Of a DNA stretch of 64,000 bases, positions 1 through 13,019 are shown piece after piece. The translations under genes and the position numbers were made by a program. Below the pieces are notes generated by a model. The model was not told the DNA's origin, did no database searches, and saw nothing but the letters and a program-made list of their open reading frames with translations. How positions within the stretch are numbered: position 1 is the first letter of the stretch; every line of letters starts with the position of its first letter. This DNA is from Mobula hypostoma (Eukaryota). The DNA is taken from positions 156,676,001-156,740,000 of the forward strand of contig NC_086097.1 of the NCBI RefSeq assembly GCF_963921235.1, in the 5' to 3' direction.

Positions 1-890
1 GAATTAGGCCACTCCATCCATTGAGTCTGCTCTACCATTTCATCATAGCTGATCACTTTTCTCTCTCAACTCCATTCTCCAGTTTTCTCCTAATAATCAT
101 TCATGCACTGAGTTATTAAGAACCTATCAATCTCCACTTTAATTATACCCAATAACCTGGCCTCCACAGCTGCCTGTGGCAATGAATTCCACAGATTCAC
201 TACCCGCTAGTTAAAGAAATTCCTCCTCATCTCTGTTCTAAATGGATGTCCCTCTTTACTGTGCCTGTGCCCTCTGGTCCTAGACTCTCCCAAAATAGAA
301 GGTATCATCTTCATATCAATCCTATCTAGGTCTTTTAACATTCAATAGTTTTCAATGAGAACCCCGACTCCTTCACACTTCTAAATTCCAGCTTGTACAG
401 ACACAGAGCCATCAAACGCTCATCATATAATAAACCTTTGTTTCCCAAACTCCATTGAGCCCTCTCCAATGTCAGCACATCTTTTCTTAGAGAAGGGTCC
501 CAAAACTGCTCACAATACTCCAAGTGAGGCCCCACCAGTACCTTATAAAGCCACACCATTATATCCTTGTTTCTATATTCTAGTCCTCTTGAAATGAATG
601 CTAACAGTTCATTTGCCTGCCTTGCCACCAACTCAATCTGCAAGTTAATCTTTAGAGAATTCTGCATGAGGACTCCAAAGTCTCTTTCCAACGTGGATTT
701 TTGAATTTTCTGCCCATTACGAAAACAGTCTACACATATACCTGCCCTTCCACCTATATTCATATCATCAGCAAACTTGGCCACAAAGTCATACAAATCA
801 TTGACATATAATTCAAAAAGAAGCAGTCCCAACACAAGCCCCTGTAGAACACCACTAGTCACAGGCAGCAAACTGAAAAAGGCTTCCTTT
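1..890 (-). mobile_element. CR1 LINE, 3' part of ORF2 (RT C-terminal half) and 3' UTR, degenerate
   Basis: ORF 335..901 contains VTSGVLQG..LG.LLF.LYVNDL, KFADD and HLEYC.QFW motifs. The element continues at 1548 after an LTR insertion. Confidence 0.9.
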
Positions 891-1547
891 TGAAACACCA
901 TGATTTCCTTGGCTGCGCTAGTCTAGGGAAGACAACGTTCGGCCCCGCCAAACTCACGAGATTGAGGCGTGCTCGATCCCACCCCAAACCCCAGTCTGTG
1001 TGGATGCTGTGTCATTTGCTACCCTGTTACAAATTATTGCCACAAAACAACAGACAGTACACTGCATACAATTAAAGGAATTATATTTATGAATCTTAAC
1101 TAAAGGGTTAGTAAAGAATAACAAAAAGAAAAGGGCCCATTCTAATTAAACAGTCAAATGTGCACAAGCTGGAGCTCATCTTGAACTTCTGTCATTCACG
1201 TGCTGGGACCTTAGTAAATGTGAAGGCACACACCACCTTCCGATCATCACTCTCAATCCATCGTGAACAAACGGCTCTCCCACCAGATCGTATGTTACGA
1301 CTGGTTTTCCCCAGCATCTTCTCTCTTCATCTCCTCTTGAACAGAAGCTCCAAGCTCAACCTTACTGTCCCTCTCCAGGAAAACCTCCCCTTAATCTGAC
1401 CATCGTAATTGGATGGCACACATTTTTCCTATCTCTTATTTTTAACAGTAACCCAAACTAGCATGAAAACAGAACAGACTGATTTTACAGAGTTGCCAAA
1501 ATGAAATAATACAGCATAACAGTAAAAATATGAACCAAGGCATCACA
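891..1547 (-). mobile_element. Solo LTR (657 bp) inserted into CR1
   Basis: TG...CA termini (TGAAACACCATG / CAAGGCATCACA, imperfect inverted repeat). Flanks CTTT/TTTT are an imperfect 4-bp TSD. The CR1 sequence is collinear across it (ggcttccttt|attcccaatc). Strand is tentative. Confidence 0.7.
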
Positions 1548-3132
1548 TTTTATTCCCAATCTTTGCCTCCTGCCAATCAGTCAATGCTTTCTCCATGCTA
1601 GTGTCTTCCCTGTAATACCATGGACATTTACCTTGTTTTGCAGCCTCAAGCGTGGCAGTACATAACTTCCACTGATTCTCCTTTGTCTATCTTACTACTT
1701 TACTTCTTCAAGGAATTCCAACAGATTTGTCAGGCAGGATTTTACATTAAGGAAATCATGCTGACTTTGGCCTATTTCATCATGTACCTTCAAGTACCCT
1801 GAGACATCATCTTTAACAATCGACTCCAACATCTTCCTAACAACTGAAGTCAGGCTAACTGTTCTATAAGTTTCTTTCTTCTGCCTCCCTCCCCTCTTGA
1901 AAAGTAGAGTGACATTTGTTTGCAATTTTCTAGTCCTCGGGAACCATGCAAGAATCTAGTAATTCTTGAGAGACTAGTACCAGTGCCTTCTCTTTCAGAA
2001 TCCTGAGGCATAGTCCATCTGGTCCAAGTGACTTATTCACTTTCAGACCTTTTGGCTTCACAAGCACTTTTCTCTAATAATAGCAATTGTGATCACTTCT
2101 GCCCCCTGCACTGTCTTCCACAGTGAAGGTGGATGCAAATACTTATTTAATTCATCCTCCATTTTCTAGTCCCCCATTACTACCTCTGCAGTATCATTTT
2201 CCAGCAGTCCAATATCTACTCTTGCCTCTCTTTACTCTTTAATATCTCAAAAAATCTTTTGGTATCCTCTTTGATATTATTGGCTAGCTTAGATTCATAT
2301 TTCATCTTTTCCCTCCTTATGGCTTTTTAGTTGACTTCTGTTGTTTTTTCAAAGTTTCCCAATCTTCTAACTTGCCACTGTTTTTTGCTCTATTATATGC
2401 CCTCTCTTTCGCTTTTCTGTTGTTTTTGACACCCCTTGACAGCCACGGTTGCATCATCTTGCCTTTAGAATACTTCTGCTTCTTTCTGATGTACCTATCC
2501 TGTGCCTTCTGCATAGCTCCCTGCTAGTGTCCCCTTCCAATCAACTATGGCAAGCTCCTCTCTCAGGCATCTATAATTCCCTTACTCCACTGTAATACTG
2601 ATACATCTGACTTTAGTTCCTCCTTTTGAAATTTCAGGATGAAGTCTATTATATTATGATCACTGCTTCCCAAGGGTACCTTTACTTAATCAAATTCAGT
2701 TCATTACACAACACCCAATCTAGAATAGTTTTGCCCTCTTTGGCTGAACCACAAGATGCTCTAAAAAGCCATCTCATAGGCATTCTATAATTTCTCTCTT
2801 GGGATCCAGTACCACCCTGAATTTCACAAACTACCTTCATATTTAAATCCCCCATAACAATCATAACATTGCCCTTTTGACATACATTTTCTATCTCCTA
2901 TAATAATTTGTTGTCCACAATCTGGCTACTCTTTGGAAACCTGCATATAACTCTCATCAGCGTCTTTTTTACCTTTTCAGTTTCTTAACTATACCACAAG
3001 GATTCTACATTTTCCAATCCTATCTCTTTTAAAAGATTTGATTTAATCTTTTACCAACAGAGCCATGTCACCACCTCAGCATTTCAATACAATGAGTATC
3101 CTTGGATGTTAAGCTCCAAACTATGATCTTTC
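1548..3132 (-). mobile_element. CR1 LINE ORF2 (endonuclease to RT N-terminus), degenerate; same copy as 1-890
   Basis: ORF fragments NVTLLFKRG...YRTVSLTSVV.K.LE, KSCLTNLLEF and VMGDLN...ILDWVLCNE. Confidence 0.88.
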
Positions 3133-4513
3133 ACCCTGCCCTCAAGTTTACCTGGTCCATTTCCGACACCTCCCTCCCCTTTCTAGATCTTTCTGTTTCT
3201 ATCTCTGGAGACAGCTTATCTACTGATGTCTTCTATAAGCCGACTGACTCTCAGAGCTATCTGGACTATTCCTCTTCTCACCCTGTCTCTTGCAAAAATG
3301 CCATCCCCTTCTCGCAATTCCTCCGTCTCCGCTGCATCTGCTGTCAGGATGAGGCTTTTCATTCCAGGATGAGGGAGATGTCCTCCTTTTTTAAAGAAAG
3401 GGCTTCCCTTCCTCCATCATCAACTCTGCTCTCAAACACATCTCCCCCATTTCACGCACATCTGCTCTCATTCCATCCCCACCACCCCATTAGGAATAGG
3501 GTTCCCCTTGTCCTCACCTACAACCCAACCAACCTCCAGGTCCAACATATAATTCTCCGTAACTTCCGCCACCTCCAACGGGATCCCACCACTAAGTACA
3601 TCTTTCCCTCCCCCCCCCCCGCTTTCCGCAGGGCTCGCTCCCTACGCAACTCCCTTGTCCATTTGTACCCCCCCATCCCTCCCCACTGATCTCCCTCCTG
3701 GCACTTATTCTTGTAAGCGGAACAGGTGCTACACATGCCCTTACACTTCCTCCCGCACCACCATTCAGGGCCCCAGACAGTCCTTCCAGGTGAGGCGACA
3801 CTTCACCTGTGAGTTGGCTGGGGTGATATACTGCATCTGGTTCTCCCGATGTGGCCTTCTATATATTGGTGAGACCCGACACAGACTGTGAGATCATTTC
3901 GCTGAACACCTATGGTCTGTCCGCCAGAGAAAGCAAAATCTCCCAGTGGCCACACATTTTAGTTCCACGTCCCATTCCCATTCTGATATGTCTATCCACG
4001 GCCTCCTCTACTGTAAAGATGAAGCCACACTCAGGTTGGAGGAACTACACCTTATATTCCGTCTGGGTAGCCTCCAACTTGATGGCATGAACGTTGGCTT
4101 CTCAAACTTCTGCTAATACCCCATCTCCCCCTCGTACCACATCTGTTATTTATTTATATACACACATTCTTTTTCTCTCTCTCCTTTTTCTCCCTCTGTC
4201 CCTCTCACTATACCCCTTGTCCATCCTCTGGGTTTTCCCCCCCTCCCCCTTTTCTTTCTCCCTAGGCCTCCTGTCCCATGATCCTGTCATATCCCTTTTG
4301 CCAATCACCTGTCCAGCTCTTGGCTCCATCCCTCCCCCTCCTGTCTTCTCCAATCATTTCAGATCTCCCCCTCCCCCTCCCACTTTCAAATCTCTTACTA
4401 ACTCTTCTTTCAGTTAGTCCTGACAAAAGATCTCGGCCCGAAACGTCGACTGTACCTCTTCCTAGTGATGCTGCCTGGCCTGCTGCATTCACCAGCAACT
4501 TTTGTGTGTGTTG
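3133..4513 (+). mobile_element. Penelope-like element (Neptune-type), 5'-truncated, frameshifted RT C-terminus plus GIY-YIG
   Basis: Motifs LPFLDL, YKPTDS.SYLDYSS.HP, CKRNRCYTC and VIYCI..SRCGLLYIGET. 12-bp TSD CTATGATCTTTC at 3121-3132 and 4514-4525. Confidence 0.93.
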
Positions 4514-4948
4514 CTATGATCTTTCTGATTGTTTTCCACTATATTTTTAATACTATAAATGAAACTCCAATCACCCATCATTCCTGTTTTTAGATTCCTC
4601 TAGTACCTTACTTCTCCTCGTCACTGAAGCATCTATAGACTTCTGACAGCTCTGCACTCCATTAGTTTTGGCCACTTATATGCCATCCATTTTCCTCTTT
4701 CATTGCTAGTTTAGGACTAACCTTGTGAAGACTCTCTGGCTCTTTCTGTTTTCTTTCAAAAGATTTTTTTAAAAGCTGCTGCTTTGGCAAAGTTCTGGCT
4801 TATCTCTCTGAATATCTTCATTTGTGCCTTGGTATCAGACTTTACTTACTGATGATCTAGAATTGTTAGTTCCAAAATTGTTCACTGCACAGTGAAGCAA
4901 GAATTTTAAGCATTTCGGAGGATCCAGAACAAACAGGGTTCTGGCACA

Positions 4949-5909
4949 TGTGACGAGAATACACATAAAATTAAGATGTTTGCTGGCCTGGGTTAGCATC
5001 AGTTGCATCAGCAAGTGGTCTGCCACCTGTCCTCAGGGGAAGGAGAGATAAGGAACAATGGAGCAGCGTCTGGAGATGTGTAATGAAGGGACGGGAGAGA
5101 AAGCTGTCTGGAGCGGCTCCCCCTTTGAACCCTGAACTGTTTGAAGTGATGGACAGACGATCTGGAGATGTGTAATGAAGGGACGGGAGAGAGAGAGCTG
5201 TCTGGAGCGGCTCCCCCTTTGAACCCTGAACTGTTTGAAGTGATGGACAGGCGATACCCCAGCAGGGGGATAAAAAGGGACAGATTCGCTAAGGCAAGAC
5301 ACACACGACACCCGAGGTAACGAAACCCTGGAAGCGGTGCGCCTCTCACGAGTCGGTGGGAAGTACCGCACATTAAACGCACAGGGTGGAAAGGTACGAT
5401 CAGCGGGAACCCGGTGTGTGTCCACCCTCGCTTGGGTGCCGGGTTCACTGCAGAGGATCGACCGCATCTGGAGGAGGGGTCACAGTCGGTGACCTCAGGT
5501 GACATCACAAAGGACCCGCCCGGAAAGCTGCTTGTGAGAAATATCGCCGGTCTGTGAGTGGAAGCCGTTTCTGAATGATCAGTCGTTCTCATTCTCTCTC
5601 TCTCTCTCCCCCCACGTTGTCCATCACCATGGCAACGATTACGGCGAACTGAACTACTAAATTGGACTGAACTTTGTGTCACTTTGAAATTGGTCATTTA
5701 TCCCTAGACAACGATAGAGCTTGATTGATGCTGTTATCTTAATTCTGTGCACATGTGTGTTTATCATTGCTGAACTGTTGCATTTATTATCCTTTCGATT
5801 ACTGTGTTGCTTGTCTCTTTAATAAAGCTTTCTTAGTTCTAGTAATCCAGACTCCAACTGAGTGATCCATTTCTGCTGGTTTGGCAACCCAGTTACGGGG
5901 TACGTAACA
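4949..5909 (+). mobile_element. Solo LTR (961 bp), Gypsy or ERV type
   Basis: TGTGACG...CGTAACA termini and a perfect 4-bp TSD CACA (4945-4948, 5910-5913). TATA-like GATAAAA near 5268 and AATAAA at 5821. Confidence 0.9.
5069..5254 (+). repeat. Tandem duplication of a 92/94-bp unit inside the LTR
   Basis: 5069-5160 and 5161-5254 are nearly identical (tctggagatgtgtaatgaaggg...gatggacag). Confidence 0.95.
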
Positions 5910-5961
5910 CACAGAAGAGGCTGGTGCAGATCAGCCATGATCATATCGAATCTCTGAGGAT

Positions 5962-6110
5962 TGTCACTTTGTCATTGTAGAGAGGTTTGAGTGCTTCTGA
6001 GATTCCAAGAGCGATGCCATCAGGAATCTAGCCATCTTGTACTTTGTACCTGGTAGGTTCACCCACAGTGGTAAGGGTAAGGGTTCGATTCCAAACAAAG
6101 ATTGATCCGG
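5962..6110 (+). mobile_element. Degenerate Rex3/Expander-like (RTE clade) 5' UTR remnant
   Basis: Resembles recalled RTE/Rex3 leader motifs (gaggtttgagtg...cctggtaggttcaccca...ccaaacaaag). No ORF. Confidence 0.4.
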
Positions 6111-7175
6111 CCAATAATTCAGCGATGGAGCTGGTGCAAGGTGATAACACATCACAAGGACAGTCATCTCGCATTCCCTGATACTCAGCCCCGACTCTGA
6201 TCCCTCAACGACCATGCAGCAGCTGCCTGTGATTCAGCCTCCCCACTCTAAACCTAGTCACACACAGACCTTCTCCATTAAGTGAATCCACCTTAACATC
6301 CTGGATAGTGATCAGTATATTGCAAAGGGGCAGGATTTTGCCTCAATCAGACACTACAGTGACCTGAAGATCCACCAGTAGTGAAACCCTTAGGACAACA
6401 TCATATTCAACACAAATGATTCTATTATTACAACTACTATTGAACGATAGGATGGACTTGAAGGGCCAGGTGGTTTATGCCTGCACCTACTTTCTTTTGT
6501 TCTTGTGCAATATAAGTCAATATTCTAGACATTGTGACAAATAAAACAAGAGTTGGAGAATATGGCTACACTTATTTGGCTTTCACAACTTGAATCATTC
6601 CAGATCTGGCAGTGCAATCTACCCACTGAATCTTAAGGGAACTGTTAGTCCACAAAACATTTCATGAACATTGTAAATACCAGCTTAACCATGAAAAAAT
6701 AGGGCAGAAACATTAACTAAATAAACAATTAGTAAGGCAAATTAAACAAAGTTATGGGTAAAATCAAGAGAGCACTGCTGGTTTCCATGCTTATTGAGTG
6801 AGAGGTTTTCTTGCTGAGTCTGGCTGTAGATGGATCAGTAATGAAAGAAAAAATGCAAATATTTGACCAAAAGCAGTAACCCTGCAAGGGAGCATAAAAT
6901 CTAAATGTTTTCCTCAACCCTGCTGCTCAGTAATTAGACAATAATATTGAGAAGGTTTGTATGTGTTAGAGATTTTACCATTTCAAAGCAAAGCCAAATA
7001 AAACCATAATTTTGAAGCCAATTAAAAAGAAACCATGATGTTAATTTTATTTTGCTTAGTTGCTGCGTAAACAAGTGTTGTTTAGGAATTCCTTTTTATA
7101 ACATTATTTTCATATCATGTGTATCATAATATGTAATCTAATCTCTAACACCTTATTGCTAATGCAACATTCTAT

Positions 7176-7388
7176 AATTCAAACAACACACATAGAAATT
7201 GCTGGTGAACGCAGCAGGCCAGGCAGCATCTATAGGAAGAGGTACAGTCGACGGTTCAGGCCTAGAGTCTCGGCCCGAAACGTCGACTGTACCTCTTCCT
7301 ATAGATGCTGCCTGGCCTGCTGTGTTCACCAGCAATTTTTACGTGTGTTGCTTGAATTTACAGCCTCTGCAGATTTCCTCATGTTTGC
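7176..7388. mobile_element. Fold-back (inverted) pair of Penelope 3' ends
   Basis: Arms 7176-7262 and 7272-7358 are reverse complements with few mismatches. Direct repeat CTATAATTCA at 7172-7181 and 7393-7402. Confidence 0.9.
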
Positions 7389-7799
7389 GATCCTATAATT
7401 CAGCGACTTGGTACATGGAAGTCCTGGAAAATGCTTAACATTCTCCCATCTGACTTGTTTCACTATCCAGTGCTGGTAATTTGGATGTCTACCAGATCTT
7501 TCGACATGTGGTTTCAGTTTGTTCAATGTGCATTGCACAATATTGTCACTAAAAATGATGACCTAGAATTTAAGATGACACTGGTGAACCACAGTGATGG
7601 GTTGTGGGCAGCTTACAAAACTTAATAACATTCTTCTGAACTACTCTTACTGCAATCTGCAACCTGTAATTTCCGATTAAGTAATGTATTTTTGAACTAC
7701 CTTAGTGAACTAGTGATTTCCCAATCTTCTGAAGGACTTGATGGACTTAATTTGCAAGCAGGCAGTTATGGCACCTTTATGCGGATGAAGGTACATTGA

Positions 7800-8470
7800 T
7801 ATAGCTGGAAGAGAGCGGAAGAGGGGAAGACTCCAAGACAAACTGAAATGCAACCATGAAACTCTCGCTACTCAGCATCTTGTTAGCAAATGTACAGTCC
7901 TGGAGAACAAGATTGAGTGCCAAAGGGATTGATTGCTGTATTGGAGGGAAATTAGGAATTGCTGCATTCTCTGTTTCACTTCGGATGTTGGTAAGACCCA
8001 GGGCTTCTTGATAGACAGGATAGATTGGACAGCTAATTTGGAGAATGCAAAAGGGTGGGGGGGGGGGTCTGTGTTTCATGATAAACTCTTTGTGATGCTC
8101 GGACACAGCAGTCTTATCTCACTATTGTTCCCCCGACCTGGAACATCAAATGATTAGGTGCCGACCATTTTCTACTTACTGAGTGAGTTCTGCTCCATGA
8201 ACCTGAGCACAGTTTACATGCTGCTAAAGGTCAATATTAAGCAGGCACCTGAGGTACTGAGTATCGCCATCAGCAAACAAGAAACATCCTTCCCCGACGG
8301 TCTTCAAGTCATTGCCGGGGAATTCAGTCAGGCTTGGTTATAAAAATCTCTGCCCAATTATTCTCAGCATATCATTTGCAGCTCCAGGAGCCCCAACACA
8401 TTCAACCACTTCTATACTACAATTGGGAATGCCTACCATTCCATGTCTAGACTGCATTTTGGGAAGTCTG
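7800..8470 (+). mobile_element. Rex1/Babar-like LINE endonuclease fragment, degenerate
   Basis: Translates across frameshifts to SILLANVQS, REIRNCCILCFT, GGG.CFMINSL, CRPFS and VIAGEFSQA. Confidence 0.7.
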
Positions 8471-10235
8471 TGCTTTCATTTAAGTTTAGTGATGTGTACT
8501 TCTTATCAGAATTGAATATGCTCACACGAAGTGCTGTATCCTGTTTTTGTTGATGAAAATATATTCTCAGAAGTTATTATTATTATTATTATTACTTATT
8601 TCTTTTTTCTTTTTGTATTTGCCTATTCTGTTGTCTTTGGCACTTTAGTTGGGGCTAGTCTTTCGTTGATGCTATTGTGTTGCTTGTATTTACTGTGAAT
8701 GCCCACAAGAAAATGAATCTCTGGTTCGTATATAGTGATTATATATATACTTTAACAATAATTTTACTTGATAAAAAGTCTGATAGCAAGGCACAAAGAG
8801 ATATTGGGCTAGGTAAGCCAGAATTTTGCCAAAAAGGTAATTTTTAGGAAACCTCGTAAAAGAAAAGCGAGATAGAAAGAGCAGAGACTTCACAAGTGAA
8901 ATCCGAAGCTGAGGACGCAGGCAGATGAAAGCACAACTGGCAGTGAAAGATGAAAATGGGAGATATGCAAGTGGCCAAAACTGGTGGAAAGCCAAGCTGT
9001 CAAAGGTCTCTCAATGTTTCAGTGATGGGGAGAAGTGAGGTCCTAGAGGGATCTCAAAACAGGGATGGGAATTGTAAAATTGACATTTTTCTGCAAAGGG
9101 AACCACTGAAAACAGAAATGCTGGGTGGATGGAATTTTATTTGACAGATTTATTTTGTGTATAAAATTGTTACAGGTGGTAAAAGAGAGATTAGCGAAGA
9201 GACAAATTAGAAAATCGCCTATGTGTAAATTGAAACAAAGGCAGGGATGATTAATGTCAGAGAAGCAAAAAATAAAGGAATGGATATGAGATCAGAAAAA
9301 AACCTGAGAGTCGGCTGGGTTGCCAGATTTAGAGACAGGCTAGTTGAGGCTTAAACAATGACCGAGGGGGTGGTGGGTGAGTGGTCCTACTGCCATTCAA
9401 GGAACAGACTAATGACCAATGTCAGCACATATTGGCAAATTACAAAGCACAAAAACTGCTGATAATTGTGAGTTTAACCTCTTGGTAACGGGAAGAAGCA
9501 TTGTGTTTGAGTGACAAGGAATAACACCAATTGAAGTTAACATGAGTGGTTTGTCACCATTCTCCTGTTCAGAATACTTGACATCTTACTGAATAATGAT
9601 TTCATCGGTGGGAAGTGCAAAGCTACTGCTTGCTTTTCTTCAACCCAATTAAGGCAGACATTGATTTATGAACTTATGTTTGAAACCTGGTAGCTGGTAT
9701 TCTTACTTTCACAATTTCGTCATCATCTGTGTGATATTCACTCGTTAACATGATTGAAAAATATCACATGCATGTTAGCTGATTACACAACTGCCACTTT
9801 GATATCTACAGATTTTGACCTACAGTACATACCTTCAAAGTATAACAGATGCCTTCTGGTCCATTTCTGCGGGCAGCAAGCTGCCTCTTCCCCTCAGTCC
9901 CTTACCTTCATTTACCTGAAACAGAATATTGGTCCCTTAAATTGGCTTTCAATCAATGAGGCTGCATGCAAGGCAAAACCTTCCCACTTAAAGTTCAAGA
10001 CCCCTCCCCAACCCCTGTCAAAGAAGTGCTTTAACAGTTGATGAAACTGCATTCACAGTCATGGGAATATCTGTCAGAAATAATTGTGAAAATTTCTGAC
10101 AGACGTAAACAATGTAAAGTATTTAAAATATAAGGACATTCATTATATTATTAAAATGACATTTATTATATAAAAATTAAATCAGAAACTCCAGAGAGTA
10201 CATAAAAGAGCCCAGATGTCCCAGTCTAGACCATC

Positions 10236-10512
10236 GACCATAAGACCATAAGACTTAGGAAGAGAGTTAGTCCATTTGGCCCATTGAGTCTGCTCCACCA
10301 TTCCATCATGGCTGATTTATTAAACCTCTCAACCTCAAACTCCTGCCTTCACCCTGTAACCTTTGATGCCCTTACTAATCTCCACTTTAAACATCTAGTG
10401 ATTTGGCCTCCACAGTTATTTGTGGTAACAAATTTCACAGAATCACCACATTCTGGCTGAAGAAATTCCTCCTCATCTCTGTTCTAAAGGAAGGTCCTTA
10501 TATTCTGAGGCT
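10236..10512 (-). mobile_element. CR1 3' end with (TCTTATGG)n tail
   Basis: gaccataagaccataagac tail followed by a CR1 3' UTR matching the other copies in the window. Confidence 0.8.
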
Positions 10513-10600
10513 GCTGCTAAGAAAGTGTATAAGTTGATGTTTTGCTATTGGACTCCCTCAACACATCAGAATACATTTAGAATTATGACAGAAACTTACA

Positions 10601-11871
10601 CCTCTACCACTACTCTGCTCCGTCTAGCGGAATTAGTCCTTACTCTTAATAATTTCTCCTTTGGCTCCTCCCACTTCCTCCAAACTAAAGTTGTAGCTAT
10701 GGGCACCCGTATGGGTCCTAGCTATGCCTGCCTTTTTGTTGGCTTTGTGGAACAATCTATGTTCCGTGCCTATTCTGGTATTTGTCCCCCACTTTTCCTT
10801 CGCTACATCGACGACTGCATTGGCGCTGCTTCCTGCACGCATGCAGAGCTCGTTGACTTTATTAACTTTGCCTCCAACTTTCACCCTGCCCTCAAGTTGA
10901 CCTGGTCCATTTCTGACACCTCCCTCCCCTTTCTAGATCTTTCTTTCTCTGTCTCCGGAGACAGCTTATCCACTGATGTCTACTATAAGCCTACTGACTC
11001 TCACAGCTATCTGGACTATTCCTCTTCTCACCCTGTCTCTTGCAAAAACGCCATCCCCTTCTCGCAATTCCTCCGTCTCCACCGCATCTGCTCTCAGGAT
11101 GAGGCTTTTCATTCTAGGACGAGGGAGATGTCTTTCTTTTTTAAAGAAAGGGGCTTCCCTTCCTCCACTATCAACTCTGCTCTTAAACGCATCTCCCCCA
11201 TTTCACGTACATCTGCTCTCACTCCAACCTCCCGCCACCCCACTAGGAATAGGGTTCCCCTGGTCCTCACCTACCACCCCACCAGCCTCCGGGTCCAACA
11301 TATTATTCTCCGTAATTTCCGCCACTTCCAACGGGATCCCACCACTAAGCACATCTTTCCCTCCCCCCATCTCTCTGCATTCCGCAGGGATTGCTCCCTA
11401 CGCGACTCCCTTGTCCATTCGTCCCCCCCATCCCTCCCCACTGATCTCCCCCCTGGCACTTAGCCGTGTAAGCGGAACAAGTGCTACACATGCCATTACA
11501 CTTCCTCCCTTAACACTATTCAAGGCCCCAAACAGTCCTTCCAGGTGAGGCAACACTTCACCTGTGAGTCGGCTGGGGTGATATACTGCGTCCGGTGCTC
11601 CCGATGTGGCCTTTTATATATTGGCAAGACCCGACGCAGACTGGGAGACCGCTTTGCTGAACACCTACGCTCTGTCCGCCAGAGAAAGCAGGATCTCCCA
11701 GTGGCCACACATTTTAATTCCACATCCCATTCCCATTCTGACATGTCTATCCACGGCCTCCTCTACTGTAAGGATGAAGCCACACTCAGGTTGGTGGAAC
11801 AACACCTTATATTCCGTCTGGGTAGCCACCAACCTGATGGCATGAACATCGACTTCTCTAACTTCCGCTAA
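10601..11871 (+). pseudogene. Penelope RT plus GIY-YIG endonuclease reading frame with one premature stop (TAG 11461-11463)
   Basis: ORFs 10525..11463 and 11545..11871 share a frame. The paralog reads TAT (Tyr) at the stop position. Confidence 0.9.
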
Positions 11872-12166
11872 TGCCCCACCTCCCCCTCGTACCCCATCTG
11901 TTACTTATTTTTATACACACATTCTTTCTCTCACTCTCCTTTTTCTCCCTCTGTCCCTCTGAATATACCCCTTGCCCATCCTCTGGATCCCCCTCCCCCC
12001 TTGTCTTTCTTCCCGGACCTCCTGTCCCATGATTCTCTCGTATCCCTTTTGCCTATCACCTGTCCAGTTCTTGGCTCTATCCCTCCCCCTCCTGTCTTCT
12101 CCTATCATTTTGGATCTCCCCTTCCCCCTCCAACTTTCAAATCCCTTACTCACTCTTCCTTCAGTT

Positions 12167-12202
12167 AGTCCTGACGAAGGGTCTCGGCCTGAAACGTTGA
12201 CT
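12167..12202 (+). ncRNA. Minimal type I hammerhead ribozyme motif
   Basis: AGTC-CTGACGA-AGGGTCTCGGCCT-GAAA-CGTT-GACT: intact CUGANGA/GAAA core, stems I and II, palindromic AACGTT stem III. Confidence 0.8.
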
Positions 12203-12559
12203 GCACCTCTTCCTAGAGATGCTGCCTGGCCTGCTGCGTTCACCAGCAACTTTGATGTGTGTTGCATGAAGTTTGAGGCATTCAGGCTTGATTGAGTGAT
12301 CCTTAGGAGTGATTTTGTTTATCAATGTAGTCCAATAATCACAATATGGTTAATGATAATCCATGTACCCTAATTGGCTATTTAATAACAATGATCCCTG
12401 TCTGCTGAAATGCTTGTGAAAACAAGATTTCTTTCAACAGGCACCATAAGCACTGGAAAGATACACATCATCAATGTCCTTATGAAATTTTCTAGAAAAA
12501 TAAGTGAACTAACAATGCTATTCTTCTCCAGACCCTCATTCCTGGTATTGAGGTGCAAG

Positions 12560-12960
12560 TTACACTTTGTCAGTTATGTTGGCTATTTCATTTATGTGCC
12601 CAATTCCAGACCCTAAAAACAGACATGATCTATTTCAAGCTCTGTTGGAGAAAGGGGTTACCAGTCAGACAGAGGTAAAGATTCAAGGATGAGCTTGACA
12701 AAATGCAACAACCTCACTGACCTCGGAACCTCTGGCCCACAATCATCAAATGGAGCAAAGCATTCAGAAAGGTTCTAAGTCCATGAACTGGAAACACACA
12801 GAAACCGCATGTAAGTGGTAGAAACAGCAGACCACCTCATTAACTATTCTTCCTTCCACTTCATTAGGCACCTCTTTGGACGAGCTTGCAATTTCCACAT
12901 TGGCCTCATCAGACATATCAGAACCCACAAAACTAATGTGGAAAAAAGACATCTTTGATT
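12560..12960 (+). mobile_element. Old RTE-clade LINE 3' remnant
   Basis: 12872-12934 translates LFGRACNFHIGLIRHIRTHKT, a decayed C-terminal zinc-finger motif. Upstream GLPVRQR*RFKD-like motif. Confidence 0.65.
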
Positions 12961-13019
12961 CTAAACGTCTGTCTAATGGAGTGCAAAGTTATATGTCCAA
13001 AATAACAGATGGGGAGCCA

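Larger units (their letters stand above)
10601..12265 (+). mobile_element. Penelope-like element (Neptune-type), 5'-truncated, young
   Basis: RT motifs LVLTLNNFSF, AMGTRMGPSYA and FLRYIDD, a Cys-rich linker and GIY-YIG, then a pyrimidine-rich 3' region and a hammerhead motif. Highly similar to 3133-4513. Confidence 0.95.

Noticed and set aside
5008..5697. 229-aa and 144-aa minus-strand ORFs
   Set aside because: Antisense frames across a solo LTR. The peptide repeat simply mirrors the tandem duplication.
9901..9930. Possible 10-nt microexon on the minus strand (ttcag-GTAAATGAAG-gtaagg)
   Set aside because: Not frame-preserving, no gene context, and such motifs are expected by chance in 64 kb.
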